From Octopus sinensis (Eukaryota), in the NCBI RefSeq assembly GCF_006345805.1, contig NC_043012.1:28396001-28460000 (forward strand): a stretch of 64,000 bases of DNA, given 5' to 3'. Position numbers and translations under genes: made by a program. Positions within the stretch are counted from its first letter, which is position 1. The number at the start of each line of letters is the position of its first letter. This document shows positions 52,808-64,000 of this stretch, one piece after another. The notes beneath the pieces were generated by a model. It worked only from the letters and a program-made list of their open reading frames with translations, had not been told where the DNA came from and made no database searches.

Positions 52808-53433
52808 GATAGAAAATAGGAAGTAAAGAAAACAGGGAGCACACTATGAAAGAGAACTTGGCTATCAGGATATCAAGTGAAGAATATAAATACACCGAGC
52901 AATGCGTACATACTGTAAACCCGAGTTTATTCATCATTGAACTAATTGCTGCATTATTCGTTGAATATAATAGCTTATATAGAACGTGTTGGGTTTTATC
53001 TTCGTTAGGTATCTCAAACAATGAATTAACTTTATTTATAGTCACATATTGGCGATCGGTTTGATTGTGATTGTTCTTTACACTATCTCTCTAACCTAAT
53101 TATCTGAATAACTTAATAGTGTAAAATGATTTCTTTATTTCAATACGTATCCAAAAGTACGCCTTAAAGAGTAATGCTGTATTATTCTTGGGTTCTTTCA
53201 GCCAAATCATGTGTTAAAAGCATACAGGTCAGTTTCTATTCTAAAGTTAATTTTTTCCTTTCTTCAAATACGTCTTGGGGTTCTTGAAAGTGGCATAATA
53301 ACACGCTTCTACATCTGATGAGTAATCGATTCGAATAAAATATGAAAAGCACAAAATTTATTCAACTCTTTGGTACCTATTGTATTCTACTACTACTGAT
53401 TATATAACCTCACGTCATTTTAATGTATCACAC

Positions 53434-53496
<63 letters not shown>

Positions 53497-54159
53497 TGTA
53501 GTGTGTATCGTCGGTAAAACTGGGTCAAAGTAAAATAATTTAGATTTGCTTTCGTACACTCACAGACGCACATAGACATATATGCACACATAACAGAGTA
53601 TCGACATACACTATCATACACACATATACAGTAATACAAGTTTTCTTCGTCATACGGCCAAGGTGTTTTGCAAATGAAAACAAAGCACCCAAGTCTAACG
53701 ATAGTATTGTAGATTTTATTTAAATAGTTACTAATAATTTACCAGCTGTTTCATTTAGAGAAAACACAGCCGTATTCAAATCCAGCAGAAAGTATAAATA
53801 TCTATCGAAATACGCACACGCATCCTTGCATACGGTGAATGTATTTATCTTGTCTCCTATTTACTAATTGTCACCCATTTCAGTTTCCTCACTTAGAATT
53901 CTGCCTATGTATATAATATATATATGGTTAGCTGCCTCGCTGTACAATTTCTCCACTGTGTGTGTGTATGTGTGTGTGTGTGTGTGTCGTCGGTAAAACA
54001 TAAATCTCAAAAAGAAGCAAACTAAGTTATAGAGCAGTATATTATATAGGCAAAGTTAGATAAGGCCAGTTTATGGAATAATCCTGGGTTTCACATCCAT
54101 AAAGCGCCGTCAGATCCCAAACAGATTCTGATCCACTGTAAAGCGGCCTTATCTAACTT

Positions 54160-54267
<108 letters not shown>

Positions 54268-55006
54268 TATACAGTGTTCCATGTTGTGTATGTACTTTCT
54301 ATTCTAACCTTGGGTTGATAAATGCTTTTGATTGCAAAGTAGAAGTGTGTGTGTATATGTGTACATATATAGTTCTGTCTCTCTATATGCATATATGTAT
54401 GTAAGTAGGTGTGTGTGCGTGTGTGTGCGCGTGTGCGCGTGCTCATAGAAATGTGGAACGGTGTTGCGAACAGTATCTTTTTGCGCCAAGAAGCCGCATT
54501 GCCTCGCTGAAGTAGGTGTTGGGGGTTGAATAATAATAATAATAATAATAATAATGATTGATGTCTATATTCCCCCTTGGTTACGGTGAATGACTAATTA
54601 GAGTACAAACAAACAAATAACACAAAGGGCCATCATATTGAGCTTATGAACAAAAGAGTGAACGTAAAGGACTGGACTCATGCGCCTTTGTTAACGATGT
54701 ATTTCATCACTGCAGCCCCCACTTCCACAGTGTCTGTAGTAAATAGGACGCATTAAATGACGATAGGTTAACGAGGTTGTAGGTAAATGTGAATGTAGAA
54801 GAAACAAGCTTGACATTTTTTTCGATGGCAGGGTGGATAAAACAGACGGAATGGAAAGGGAAAGTAAGGCTTGCACTAAGGCTGTATCGAGACACAGCTG
54901 GCCATATTTGTCAAACTATCGATCGGACGAATGGCATATTGTATCATATATAAGCTCGACTAATATTAAATATCTAGCAGTTATAAATTTAACACACACA
55001 CGCACA

Positions 55007-55039
<33 letters not shown>

Positions 55040-55073
55040 CACACACACACACACACACACACGACGTACTTTG

Positions 55074-55247
55074 TGTGACTCCAAAACGCCTTCTCAACAG
55101 CTCCTACCGACCTGTTTCTTTATTATAGCCACAATGGTCCCTACCGACTTCCGTCTCAACCAATACGCTACTCTTTATAATAGTTCGGCTAGTCCATTTT
55201 TCCAGTTCCCCAGGGGTGTCAATGACTCTCGCCACATCTCCCCCTTT
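55074..55247 (-). mobile_element. PPT and short LTR (TG...CA)
   Basis: Minus strand: AAAGGGGGAGA, then TGTGGCG..TATTATAAAG..AATAAA..GTCACA. Confidence 0.55.
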
Positions 55248-55304
55248 GAGATTGACTTCCGTTGGAAGTTAATAATATTTTTATTTAATTATTTTACTTT
55301 CATT

Positions 55305-55925
55305 ACATCTCCCGTTTTGAAATTTTTCTCCTAGGGAAGTTTAGTATTTGTTCCATTAAGGCACTGCTTCCAACCATTCTGTTTGTTTCCTCTTTCTTGT
55401 GCTGCTACGCCTTGGTTCGATTTCTTGTGGCGTCGGAATATCAAAGGTGTCATAGAGCGCTTCCATGGGTATCTCTTTTCTTTTTTCCGTATATCTACTT
55501 TTTAGCTGGTTTAAATGTCTTTTGTGTTCCCAATTTTCGCCTTTTATCATGTCATTTTGCCTATTTTTTTTTTCTTACTACTCCGTCTTCCCAACTTTGT
55601 TCACCATTTTTATATAATTTGAAAAGCATCTTGTCACCGATATTAAAATGCTTTGCCGTATTTCTAGTGTTTTCCCTATTTTTCTTCTTACTGGTAGCAG
55701 CTTGTCAAATATTGACTTTATTTTTCGAGCAAACATTAGTTCCGCAGGCGACTTGCCTGAAACAGTGTTTGGGTTTGGTGTTATCCTATAAAACCTCAAT
55801 AATTGTGTCAATGCTGCGTCATCAACTAGTTTGTTTCTTGATTTCTTTAATGCGCTTTTAAATGTATCCCCGAACCTTTCCGCTTGCCCAATTGATGTTG
55901 GGTGATACGGAGGAGTAGGAAGGAG
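55305..55925 (-). mobile_element. Ty3/Gypsy integrase C-terminal remnant with PPT
   Basis: TPPYHPTSIGQAERFGDTFK, FYRITPN..GKSPAELMFARK, HKRHLNQLK. The PPT AAAACGGGAGA is followed by TGT at 55307. Confidence 0.85.
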
Positions 55926-55934
55926 TAAGCGACT

Positions 55935-56032
55935 TCATTTTAGAAATTCCTGGGTGTCCAGTGTAGAATTCTCTTGAGGTCTCTGGGTGAGACTTGGAGT
56001 TAACTTGTACAAATGTAAAGCAAAAGTCAAAC

Positions 56033-56064
<32 letters not shown>

Positions 56065-56370
56065 TGGAACCTTGTTATCACATCTCTAGTTGAATTCCAT
56101 AATGGGAATTTAACATTAATTTTGATACGTGGTATTATTCTATCTATTATGCATTTGCTCATTTTACCCAAGTCGGATTTTGTTGGACATATAAGTCTAA
56201 TAGATGGTTTCGAGTGGAAGTTGGGTTTATGACCCTTCAAGGTAAAGTAGGGAGTTCTTGGTACACAAGGTTCAGTCCTGTCTAGTAGGTGCAAATTTGA
56301 GATGAGTTTGTAATGTATTTTATTAATATCCTCGCATGCGGTATCCTTTGCGTTTACAGTTGGTATTTAA
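55935..56370 (-). mobile_element. Penelope-like (Neptune-type) RT N-terminal fragment
   Basis: YFTLKGHKPNF..RLICPTKSDLGKMSKCIID..LWNST (cf. TLKDHKPNF..RLINPAKSELG). It is interrupted by (ATA)n. Confidence 0.75.
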
Positions 56371-57269
56371 TTCCTTCGATTCATTCGTGTAATCACAGAT
56401 ACTACTCTACTTTCATGAGACTCTGTAAGTCTGAATGTACTCAATAATAGCCTCAGTAATTTCTGTCGCACAACTTAACACCCTATTGCATATAATAGTA
56501 TATCGCCGAATATAAATGTCAATAAATTCAGTAAGTAATATAATTTTTACTCCCATCAGCCCTCATAAAGATTTATTTTATTCGCATAGTTATATCTATT
56601 CTTCTATAAAAGCTTGCAATTATCCCATACCTTGGCAATGCACGGAATGCATTTCTACTCTCAATATCATTTTTTCCCTGATGAAGGAGACATTCTCTGA
56701 AAATGAATTAATTTTTTACCCGGGCGAATGAACCGCAGAAACGACCGTTGGAATATTTTCCTTTAATACGTAACCCGAAAACTTATTTTGATTCCTGTTA
56801 TTATCTCTTCACTATATTTTCAATTCTTTTTTAGCAACGTTTTTATCTATATTCCTATACTTCAGTATATTATTACTATGTTTATACATTCATATTCATA
56901 TAAATATATGTTCTATTTGGGTAATTTTTATCTTAATTAAATTCGTACGAAAAATATCTTTGGGAGAAGTTGAGAGAGTCTATATCCTGAAGTTTAGAAT
57001 AAAAAGTCGCATACACACATACACATACACAACATGTATCTAATTTTTCTCGACTTCTTGCGACAGAAGTTTCAAACTAGTCTGGACGCCGAGGCTTAAC
57101 TGTAAATGTCTCAGCGAAAGCGAGACTTATGGTAACCATGTGTGTGAGACATCATAAAGTATAGAGCACGAGCTGAAAGCAAAATCGTAATTCGATTGCA
57201 CAATTAACCTTTTATATTTTTACTCACTAATTTATCGTTGTTATCAAATATGAATAAACTAAGTACTGG

Positions 57270-57435
57270 ATTCAAATTTTGGCACAAAGTCAGCAATTTC
57301 GGAGGTGGGTATTTATTTTATCGACCCCGAAAGGATGAAAGGTAAAGTCAACCTCGGTGGAATTTGAACCCAGAACGAAAAGACGGACGAAATACCACTA
57401 AGCGTTTTGCCTGGCTTGCTAACGATTCTACCAGG
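57270..57435 (-). mobile_element. SINE family B copy
   Basis: ATCGACCCCGAAAGGATGAAAGGTAAAGTCAACCTCGGTGGAATTTGAAC..TAAGCG..GCTAACGATTCTACCAG. Confidence 0.8.
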
Positions 57436-57692
57436 TCACTGCCTAAGAAGAAACTGAGTATTACGCTCGTTATGTCCAAATATGAAAGTGTCTTTGTGTC
57501 TTTTCCAATTGAACTTTGTTACAGTTATTCCCGTTTCGAGATAATCTTTACTTGTTTGTTCTAGTCAAATCAATTTCTCTTATGATAAATAGTCTGACCA
57601 AAGTTATACGACCACCTGTTTATAAAGCTATTGCTTTCAAAATACAAAAATAATCCAGCATCTCTCATAGTATGGTAAAGCAGTAGAGTAAA

Positions 57693-57990
57693 GGTGGGTG
57701 GCTTAGTGGTTAGAGTATTCGGCTCACGATCGCAAGGTTGTGAGTTCAATTCCCAGTAACGCGTTGTGTCCTTCAGGAAGACACTTTATTTCACGTTGCT
57801 CCAGTCCACTTAACTGGCAAAAAATGAGTAGTACCTGTATTTCAAAGGGCCAGCCTTGTCACACTCTGTGTCACGCTGAATCTCCCCGAGAACTACGTTA
57901 AGGGTACACGTGTCTGTGGAGTGCTCAGCCACATGCACGTTAATTTCATGAGCAGGCTGTTCCGTTGGTCGGATCAACCGATGGAGTGCC
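57693..57990 (+). mobile_element. tRNA-derived SINE (family C)
   Basis: A box TGGCTTAGTGG, B box GAGTTCAATTCC, and a GTGTCCTT..AAGACACTT motif. Confidence 0.8.
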
Positions 57991-58029
57991 AGCAAAAACA
58001 GTAGATTAATGAATGTTTTTATAACTATT

Positions 58030-58230
58030 CTTTTATTCTTTTACTTGTTTCAGTCATTTGACTGCGGCCATGCTGGAGCTCCGCCTTTAGTCGAACAAAT
58101 CGATCCCAGAACCATTTCATTGTAAGCCTAGTACTTATTCGATCGGTGTCTTTTTTCGAACCGCTAATTTATGGCACGTAAACACACCAACATCGGTTGT
58201 CAAGCGATGGTGGGGAACAAACACAGACAC
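58030..58230 (-). mobile_element. SINE family A 3' module
   Basis: Reverse complement of the 3' module. Confidence 0.75.
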
Positions 58231-58302
58231 ACATCCATACACATACATCCATACACATACATACATGCATGCATGCATGCATACATGCATGCATACATAC
58301 AT

Positions 58303-58355
<53 letters not shown>

Positions 58356-58433
58356 TATATAGAAATTCGGGGTGAGTACTTGATAATTATAAGCACCTGT
58401 GTATACCGTTTGGTGGTGTAGGTGGTGGAGTAA

Positions 58434-58725
58434 ATTGATCAAAATAAAAACATGATACCAAGGATTCAGCGGTACATATGTTTCGGGCCTTTATTAGACA
58501 GATTTATAACAATGCATAATGTATGTCTGTGGCCTTCTTCAGCCGCACACAACAGCTTCCACAAGGACAACCAAGAATTTTTGATGTAACACATGTCCTT
58601 GTGGAAGCTGTTGTGCGCGGCTGAAGAAGGCCACAGACATACATTATGCATTGTTATAAATCTGTCTAATAAAGGCCCGAAACATATGTACCGCTGAATC
58701 CTTGGCATCATGTTTTTATTTTGAT

Positions 58726-58729
<4 letters not shown>
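58434..58729. repeat. Fold-back palindrome (136-bp arms) with one hammerhead per arm
   Basis: Arms 58434-58569 and 58594-58729 show few mismatches. Confidence 0.9.
58617..58694 (+). ncRNA. Type-I hammerhead (mirror copy on the minus strand at 58469-58546)
   Basis: GCGG-CTGAAGA-AGGCC..(ACAGA/TCTGT)..GGCCC-GAAAC-ATAT-GTA^CCGC. Confidence 0.75.
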
Positions 58730-58760
<31 letters not shown>

Positions 58761-58817
58761 TAGATAGATAGATAGATAAATGAAAGAATGGAGTCGAACG
58801 ACGATTTAACAAAATTC

Positions 58818-58911
58818 CTTTATTCTTGACACATGTTTCGAAGACTGCATATTCTTAATTCCGAAGGAATAAAGGGTGCATTATGCCGTCTTCTCATCAG
58901 GAAAAACAAAG
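58818..58911 (-). ncRNA. Type-I hammerhead
   Basis: CTTTGTTTTTC-CTGATGA-GAAGAC..GTCTTC-GAAAC-ATGT-GTC^AAGAATAAAG. Stem II is extended by GCATA/TATGC. Stem I is A/U-rich with one extra C. Confidence 0.65.
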
Positions 58912-59425
58912 AACTTATGTCAGCATCATGACGAACAAAAACTTTTAGATGACTGCCCACACGGAGTCCATAGTATTAATGAGTGTTTCTTAAAAATATT
59001 CCGTTACAAGCAGTGACGTCAAAATTGGTTGGATGGATAAGATTCTAAAAAGTTCAAGAGTTCAAGAATGGTTGGAAGCGGCAAGTACTAAGAATAGCGG
59101 GGTGACAGAGTGCAAGTCGTATGTATGGTGATGCGTTGTTGTTTGCTTTTGCCAATGAGATTGAGTGCCTATGTGTGTGTATGTATATAACTGCATTCGT
59201 GTCTATGTGTGTGTATATGTGTGTGTGATTGTTTGTGTGGGGGGATCAATGCAAAATACAACTAGTGGTGGAGTGACAGGTTTGTGTCTGTGTGTTGGTT
59301 GTGCTTATGATAGAGAGAGGGAGAGAGAGAGAGAGGGAGAGACAGAGAGAGAGGGAGAGATAGAGAGACAGAGATAGAGAGACAATATATATATATATAT
59401 ATATGCACACATACATATATATATA

Positions 59426-59463
<38 letters not shown>

Positions 59464-59467
59464 CATA

Positions 59468-59575
<108 letters not shown>

Positions 59576-59594
59576 GATATATATATATATATAA

Positions 59595-60840
59595 TTAGGT
59601 TGTTTCACATGAAATGTCGTATTTGAAAGGTAACAATAAAATGTTTCAGAAGTGTTAAAGAACTGATTTATTTAATCAAAGTATGATCCATATTCCATTT
59701 ATGACATTTATCCAACGTTTCTCTAAGTCATATATTCCATTTTTTTTAAAAATCCATCTTTTGCTGTGATAAACTTTCCGAATGCTTCAATTACCTCTTC
59801 TCAATTTAAGAATGTTTTATTGCTTATGAAAAGCTCAACATGCTTAAACAAGTGAAGATCAGTAGGAGAGATATCATGGGAATAGGGAGGATGTTGTAAA
59901 ATCTCATAATTCAGGTTTTGCAACTTTTGGATCGTAGCTTGAGAAGTGTGGGGACGTGCATTGTCATGGAGCAAAATTGGGCCATCTTTGTTCACTAGTC
60001 TGGGTTTCTTCTTTTTCAAATTCTAATGCTTACAATCAATTTCCTGGCAATACGATGTTGCTGTTACCGTCTACCTTGTTGCAAAAATAAATAATGAATA
60101 ACTCCCTTCGCAGACTACCATACAGTGACCACTGACTTTTTAGGGTGCAATGGTGGGTTTGGGTAGTGTCTAGGTGACTCTCCTGCATCTAATCACTGTC
60201 CTGTTCTCCTGTTGTTGTCAAAGAGTATCCATTTCTCATCACAAGTAATGATTTGATGAAAAAATCGTCTTTTCCCAGTCGAGGAAGCAATAAGGAGCAC
60301 ACTTCGAGGCGTCAGTTTTTTTTAATCTTGTTCAATGGAACAAACCTATCTGTTTTTTTTTTTTACTGTTCCAATTTTTACAGGTGTCCAAAAACAGCTG
60401 TGCAAGATGCTTGGAGTTCTGAGGAAAGTTTTCAAACCTTTGTTCTCGGATTTTGTTCAACCAAAGCATTTAATCCATCAATGCCGAATAACAGATTTTG
60501 GCCTACTCCTTGGTTTATTTTCAAGGCTATCATTTCCAGAACGAGAACTTTGAAACCATCACTGAACAGTTCTGATGCCAACAAAACCATTACCAAAGGC
60601 CCGATTGATATTCCGTAGAGCTTCTTCCGCAGAGTGACCCAGTTTGTAGTCATTTGAGAAAATCACTCAACATAGTTTAGTTGTTATCATTTTCATAAGG
60701 TCTGTGGGTACGAATTTTGTATACCATATTGCAGGGAAAGAAAAAGAGTCAAGATAAATGAAAGGTATACATAATTGAGTTTTTAAATGACTGAAATAAC
60801 AAGTAATTAAAAATGCGACATTCCATATGAAACAACCTAA
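59595..60840 (-). mobile_element. mariner DD34D element, decayed
   Basis: TIRs of about 30 bp (TTAGGTTGTTTCA(C/T)ATG(A/G)AATGTCG(T/C)ATTT). Motifs TCDEKW and HDNARPH..HPPYSHDISPTD (34 spacing). TA is present on the right flank. Confidence 0.92.
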
Positions 60841-60849
60841 TATACGTCG

Positions 60850-60900
<51 letters not shown>

Positions 60901-60952
60901 ATATATATGTATGTACATATATATATATATATATGTACATACATATATATGT

Positions 60953-60983
<31 letters not shown>

Positions 60984-60984
60984 G

Positions 60985-61132
60985 ATATACGACGGGCTCC
61001 TTTCAGTTTCCGTCTACCAAATCCACTCACAAGGCTTTGGTCGGCCCTAGGCTATAATTGAAGAAACTTGCCTAAGGTGCCACGCAGTGGGACTGGACCC
61101 AGAACCATGTGGTTGGGAAGCAAGCTTCTTAC
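60985..61132 (-). mobile_element. SINE family A head
   Basis: Reverse complement of the 20759-20915 head. Confidence 0.8.
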
Positions 61133-63006
61133 CACAAAGTCACTCCTGCGCCTAAATATATTACATATGACAACACCATGTGCTCTGAATTCAAACTTCA
61201 CTGAAATCAGCTTTGTGTTTCTTCATTTCGGGACTCTCTTTCTCTCCCCCTCTCACTCTTTCTCTCCCTTTCTCCCTCGGGGAGAAATCATCTGTGTTTA
61301 CATACGAAAAGGGATGGTCATCGACAGATTTTAAAGGTCCAACTGACCCACTATCATGACAATGCTTCTATCATTCTCTCAGAATTTGAACGATCACTTT
61401 TACGTCAGCAGGTAACACTCAAGATGGGTTTTATCAGAGAAACCACAACTAGATCATAGATTTGTATATATTTCCATATTTCTTTTCTCTCCCTTTCTCT
61501 GTCTATCTCTACATATATACGTGTGTTTGTCTTTTAGTTAGTTAGTTTGTGTGTGTGTGTGTGTGTATATAACAATAAGGCTAAAAAATTCTAGCGCATT
61601 TCAACCTATCTAAGTAAAGTTTAACGTACTGGAAGTCTTGAACGAATAATTACAAATAATTATATATTATTAGGGTTTATGACATAAATATAAAGCGAAT
61701 AAATGATATAAAGAAAATATGATTTACAGCAATAATGCCAATCAAGTATATGTATCAAGTCAGACACATCATACTAGTTAAATGCGGCACTGTAACTCTT
61801 ATGAACTCATACACTTACTGTTTTACTAATAATCATTACACTTGATCGATTACCTTCGTTGAAATCACATTCAGTATACAACTGAACATCAGTTCCAAAT
61901 GAATTTCTATAATTAATTAGGTTATGCAGTGCAGTTTCAGGCTATAAATATTAAAATGAAAATGAGAAGACTTCGCTGAATGGAAACTGAATTAGTAAGC
62001 ATACAAAAGCATAGAAAATCGCGAAATTAGAAGCGTCGCTTACTGTCGAAGATGTCTTGGTATCAACATGTTCTGTTTTCTCTAATGCTTTTAGATTCCC
62101 ACCTTGTTGCGAGCAGATAGAAATATTAACTAGGTCCATCCACCCTTGATACAGCGGGACATCCAAGAAGTAAGGGCTGCACTAGTACTGGACCGGCATG
62201 TTATTTATTCGACCCTGAATGAACGAAATGCAAATTTGTCTTCGGTGAGATTTGAAATCAGAGAGCAAATGCCCGGAATAAATACTGCAATCTGCTTGAA
62301 TCCTACTGTCTTCAAAGACAAGAAAAAAAGAAGAGAGAGGGGAAGAAGGAGAGAGAAAGAGAGAGAAAGAGGGAGAGAGAAAGAGAGAGAGAAAGAGGGA
62401 GAGAGAAAGAGAGAGAAAGAGGGAGAGAGAAAGAAGGCGAGAAAGAGAGAGAGTATAATTGGAGAATACAGTTAATAATGTATAAAGTGACGGGTTGAGC
62501 AAGTCTATCTATTTTTTATCCTAGGTTTTGTCGATCAGGGCTGACTTGGTACTAAACAATAACATTTTTCTTGCACTCCTAAATCAACGAATAAACAAAT
62601 ATATTACAGCACACTGAACACCACACTCACATCTACAGAACCAGTATGGTTCGACAAATGCAAAACGGAAAGCATACACTCTTTTTCTCTGTCTTTCTTC
62701 CTCTCTTTCTCTCTCTCTTTCTTTCCTTCCTTCTTTCTTTCTTTCTTTCTTCCTTTTTCTTTCTCTCATATTCATACACACACACAGCTCCTAAATAGTT
62801 TTCTCGTTCATTCATTTAATATATTGACAAAAACATACAAGGTGGCCAATCAGAGTTGATCTAGAACTAAACTACAAGGCACATATGTGTTTGCGCCCAT
62901 GCGCATACGTGCAGGCAAATACGCTCATGCACACGCACGCACGCACTCACATACACGCACACACACACTCGTACATATATACATATACGTGTGTAATGTG
63001 TGTGTG

Positions 63007-63098
<92 letters not shown>

Positions 63099-63270
63099 AT
63101 ATCCATGTATAAACTGTTTGAAATGGTGTACAAGTTTTATATATTAAGAAAAAGAAAGTCGTCAGAATTTGGATAAAAATTATTTATTTAACGCTCTCAT
63201 CCCGTTCAGGGTTTCATCATGAACATACTATTTATATATGCGTAAGTTAGCTGAAAAAATTTGGAAGTGA

Positions 63271-63740
63271 TTATTTGAGATATTCTTTGCTATTTTGAAA
63301 GTATATGTGTGTGTCTATATGTGTACGAGGTAGTATCAAAATGACACGTTGGAAGCATATGCCAATTAGTGAAGGTGGGTAGTCCCTGGTGATGAGTGTA
63401 TCCTTTAGTTTATGTTGTCGTGTGTCTCTGGTGCTTGCATTAGAAACTATAGTACATATCCTTTTTGTTAGGTTGAAGGGGATATTTATTCTCGTGTGTC
63501 TGGGGTGGCATGAGTTGAACGGTAAATATTGCTTGGAATCCGTGGGCTTATAGTATACATCTGTTTCTATTACGTTGTTAGATTTCTTAATGAGGATGTC
63601 GAGGAAGGGAAGTTGTTGATAACAATATTCCATCGTGAATTTAATGTTTACGTCAAGTCCATTTATAAGTGCTTGGAATTCTTTAGGTCTCTCTATACTT
63701 TCATGTCAAAGAATGAAACAGTCATCCAGGTAACTCTTTC
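63271..63740 (-). mobile_element. Penelope-like RT core and thumb fragment
   Basis: YLDDCFI, IKFTMEY..LPFLDILI..TDVYYKPTDSKQYLPFNSCHP..NIPF. Confidence 0.88.
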
Positions 63741-63744
63741 AGGA

Positions 63745-64000
63745 ACTACGCACCTTCACTAATTGATACATGCTTTCAACGTGCCCTACAACTCAACATC
63801 CACGAACTCAGACATCCCAAATTAAAGAAGTATTTACAACCAAAAGCCCTACCATACCACACACAACCCTCTTAACAATGAAGTCTTCGACACCATCCTT
63901 CAAAACATTCCTCTGCTAAAAAGGACCACAGAATGAACTTAACCCTCCAAACACACACCTTCATAAAAAGCAAGAGATAGCCCAAATCTATGAAAAGTCT
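63745..64000 (+). mobile_element. Penelope-like post-RT linker, inverted relative to the adjacent RT
   Basis: PSLIDTCFQRALQL..LPYHTHNPLNNEVFD. Its start overlaps in homology with the end of the minus fragment (PPSLIGICFQR). Confidence 0.65.

Noticed and set aside
53305-53345. CTGATGAGTAATCGATTCGAAT, resembling the 6551 motif
   Set aside because: GAAA is broken and there is no stem III or cleavage triplet.
56670-56715. Hammerhead-like CTGATGA..GAAA
   Set aside because: Stem I cannot form and stem II is weak.
57108-57126. GAAA-tetraloop hairpin GTCTCAGCGAAAGCGAGAC
   Set aside because: It is an isolated short hairpin with no surrounding ribozyme or terminator context.

Overview
Eukaryotic, gene-poor, repeat-dominated DNA. 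The microsatellite load and the tRNA-derived SINE families resemble those of an Octopus-type cephalopod genome; this is my recognition, not a database result. I see no intact host gene. Most ORFs in the track are microsatellite translations or decayed transposon fragments. Retroelement content: L1/Tx1-clade LINE pieces, several Penelope-like element (PLE) RT fragments, two RLE-type (R4/Dong-like) LINE 3' ends attached to different microsatellites, a fairly young CR1-clade LINE and a Gypsy integrase/LTR remnant. DNA transposon content: a DD37D (maT) and a DD34D (mariner) element, a Helitron helicase remnant, a hAT remnant and MITEs. At least four SINE families are present. The most notable hidden signals are as follows. 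(1) At least seven minimal type-I hammerhead ribozyme motifs, often inside tandem or fold-back repeats next to (TA)n. One of these is a 361-bp tandem unit whose catalytic core carries a compensatory U3/A8 pair and looks retrozyme-like. (2) A 2-kb ORF1-only (HAL1-like) element with a 15-bp TSD inserted in a tRNA-SINE head. (3) A 631-bp fold-back MITE with a perfect 8-bp TSD. (4) An approximately 8.5-kb block of same-strand LINE fragments. (5) Two possible, heavily decayed class-A GPCR relics. Some near-perfect palindromes could be long-read or assembly artefacts.
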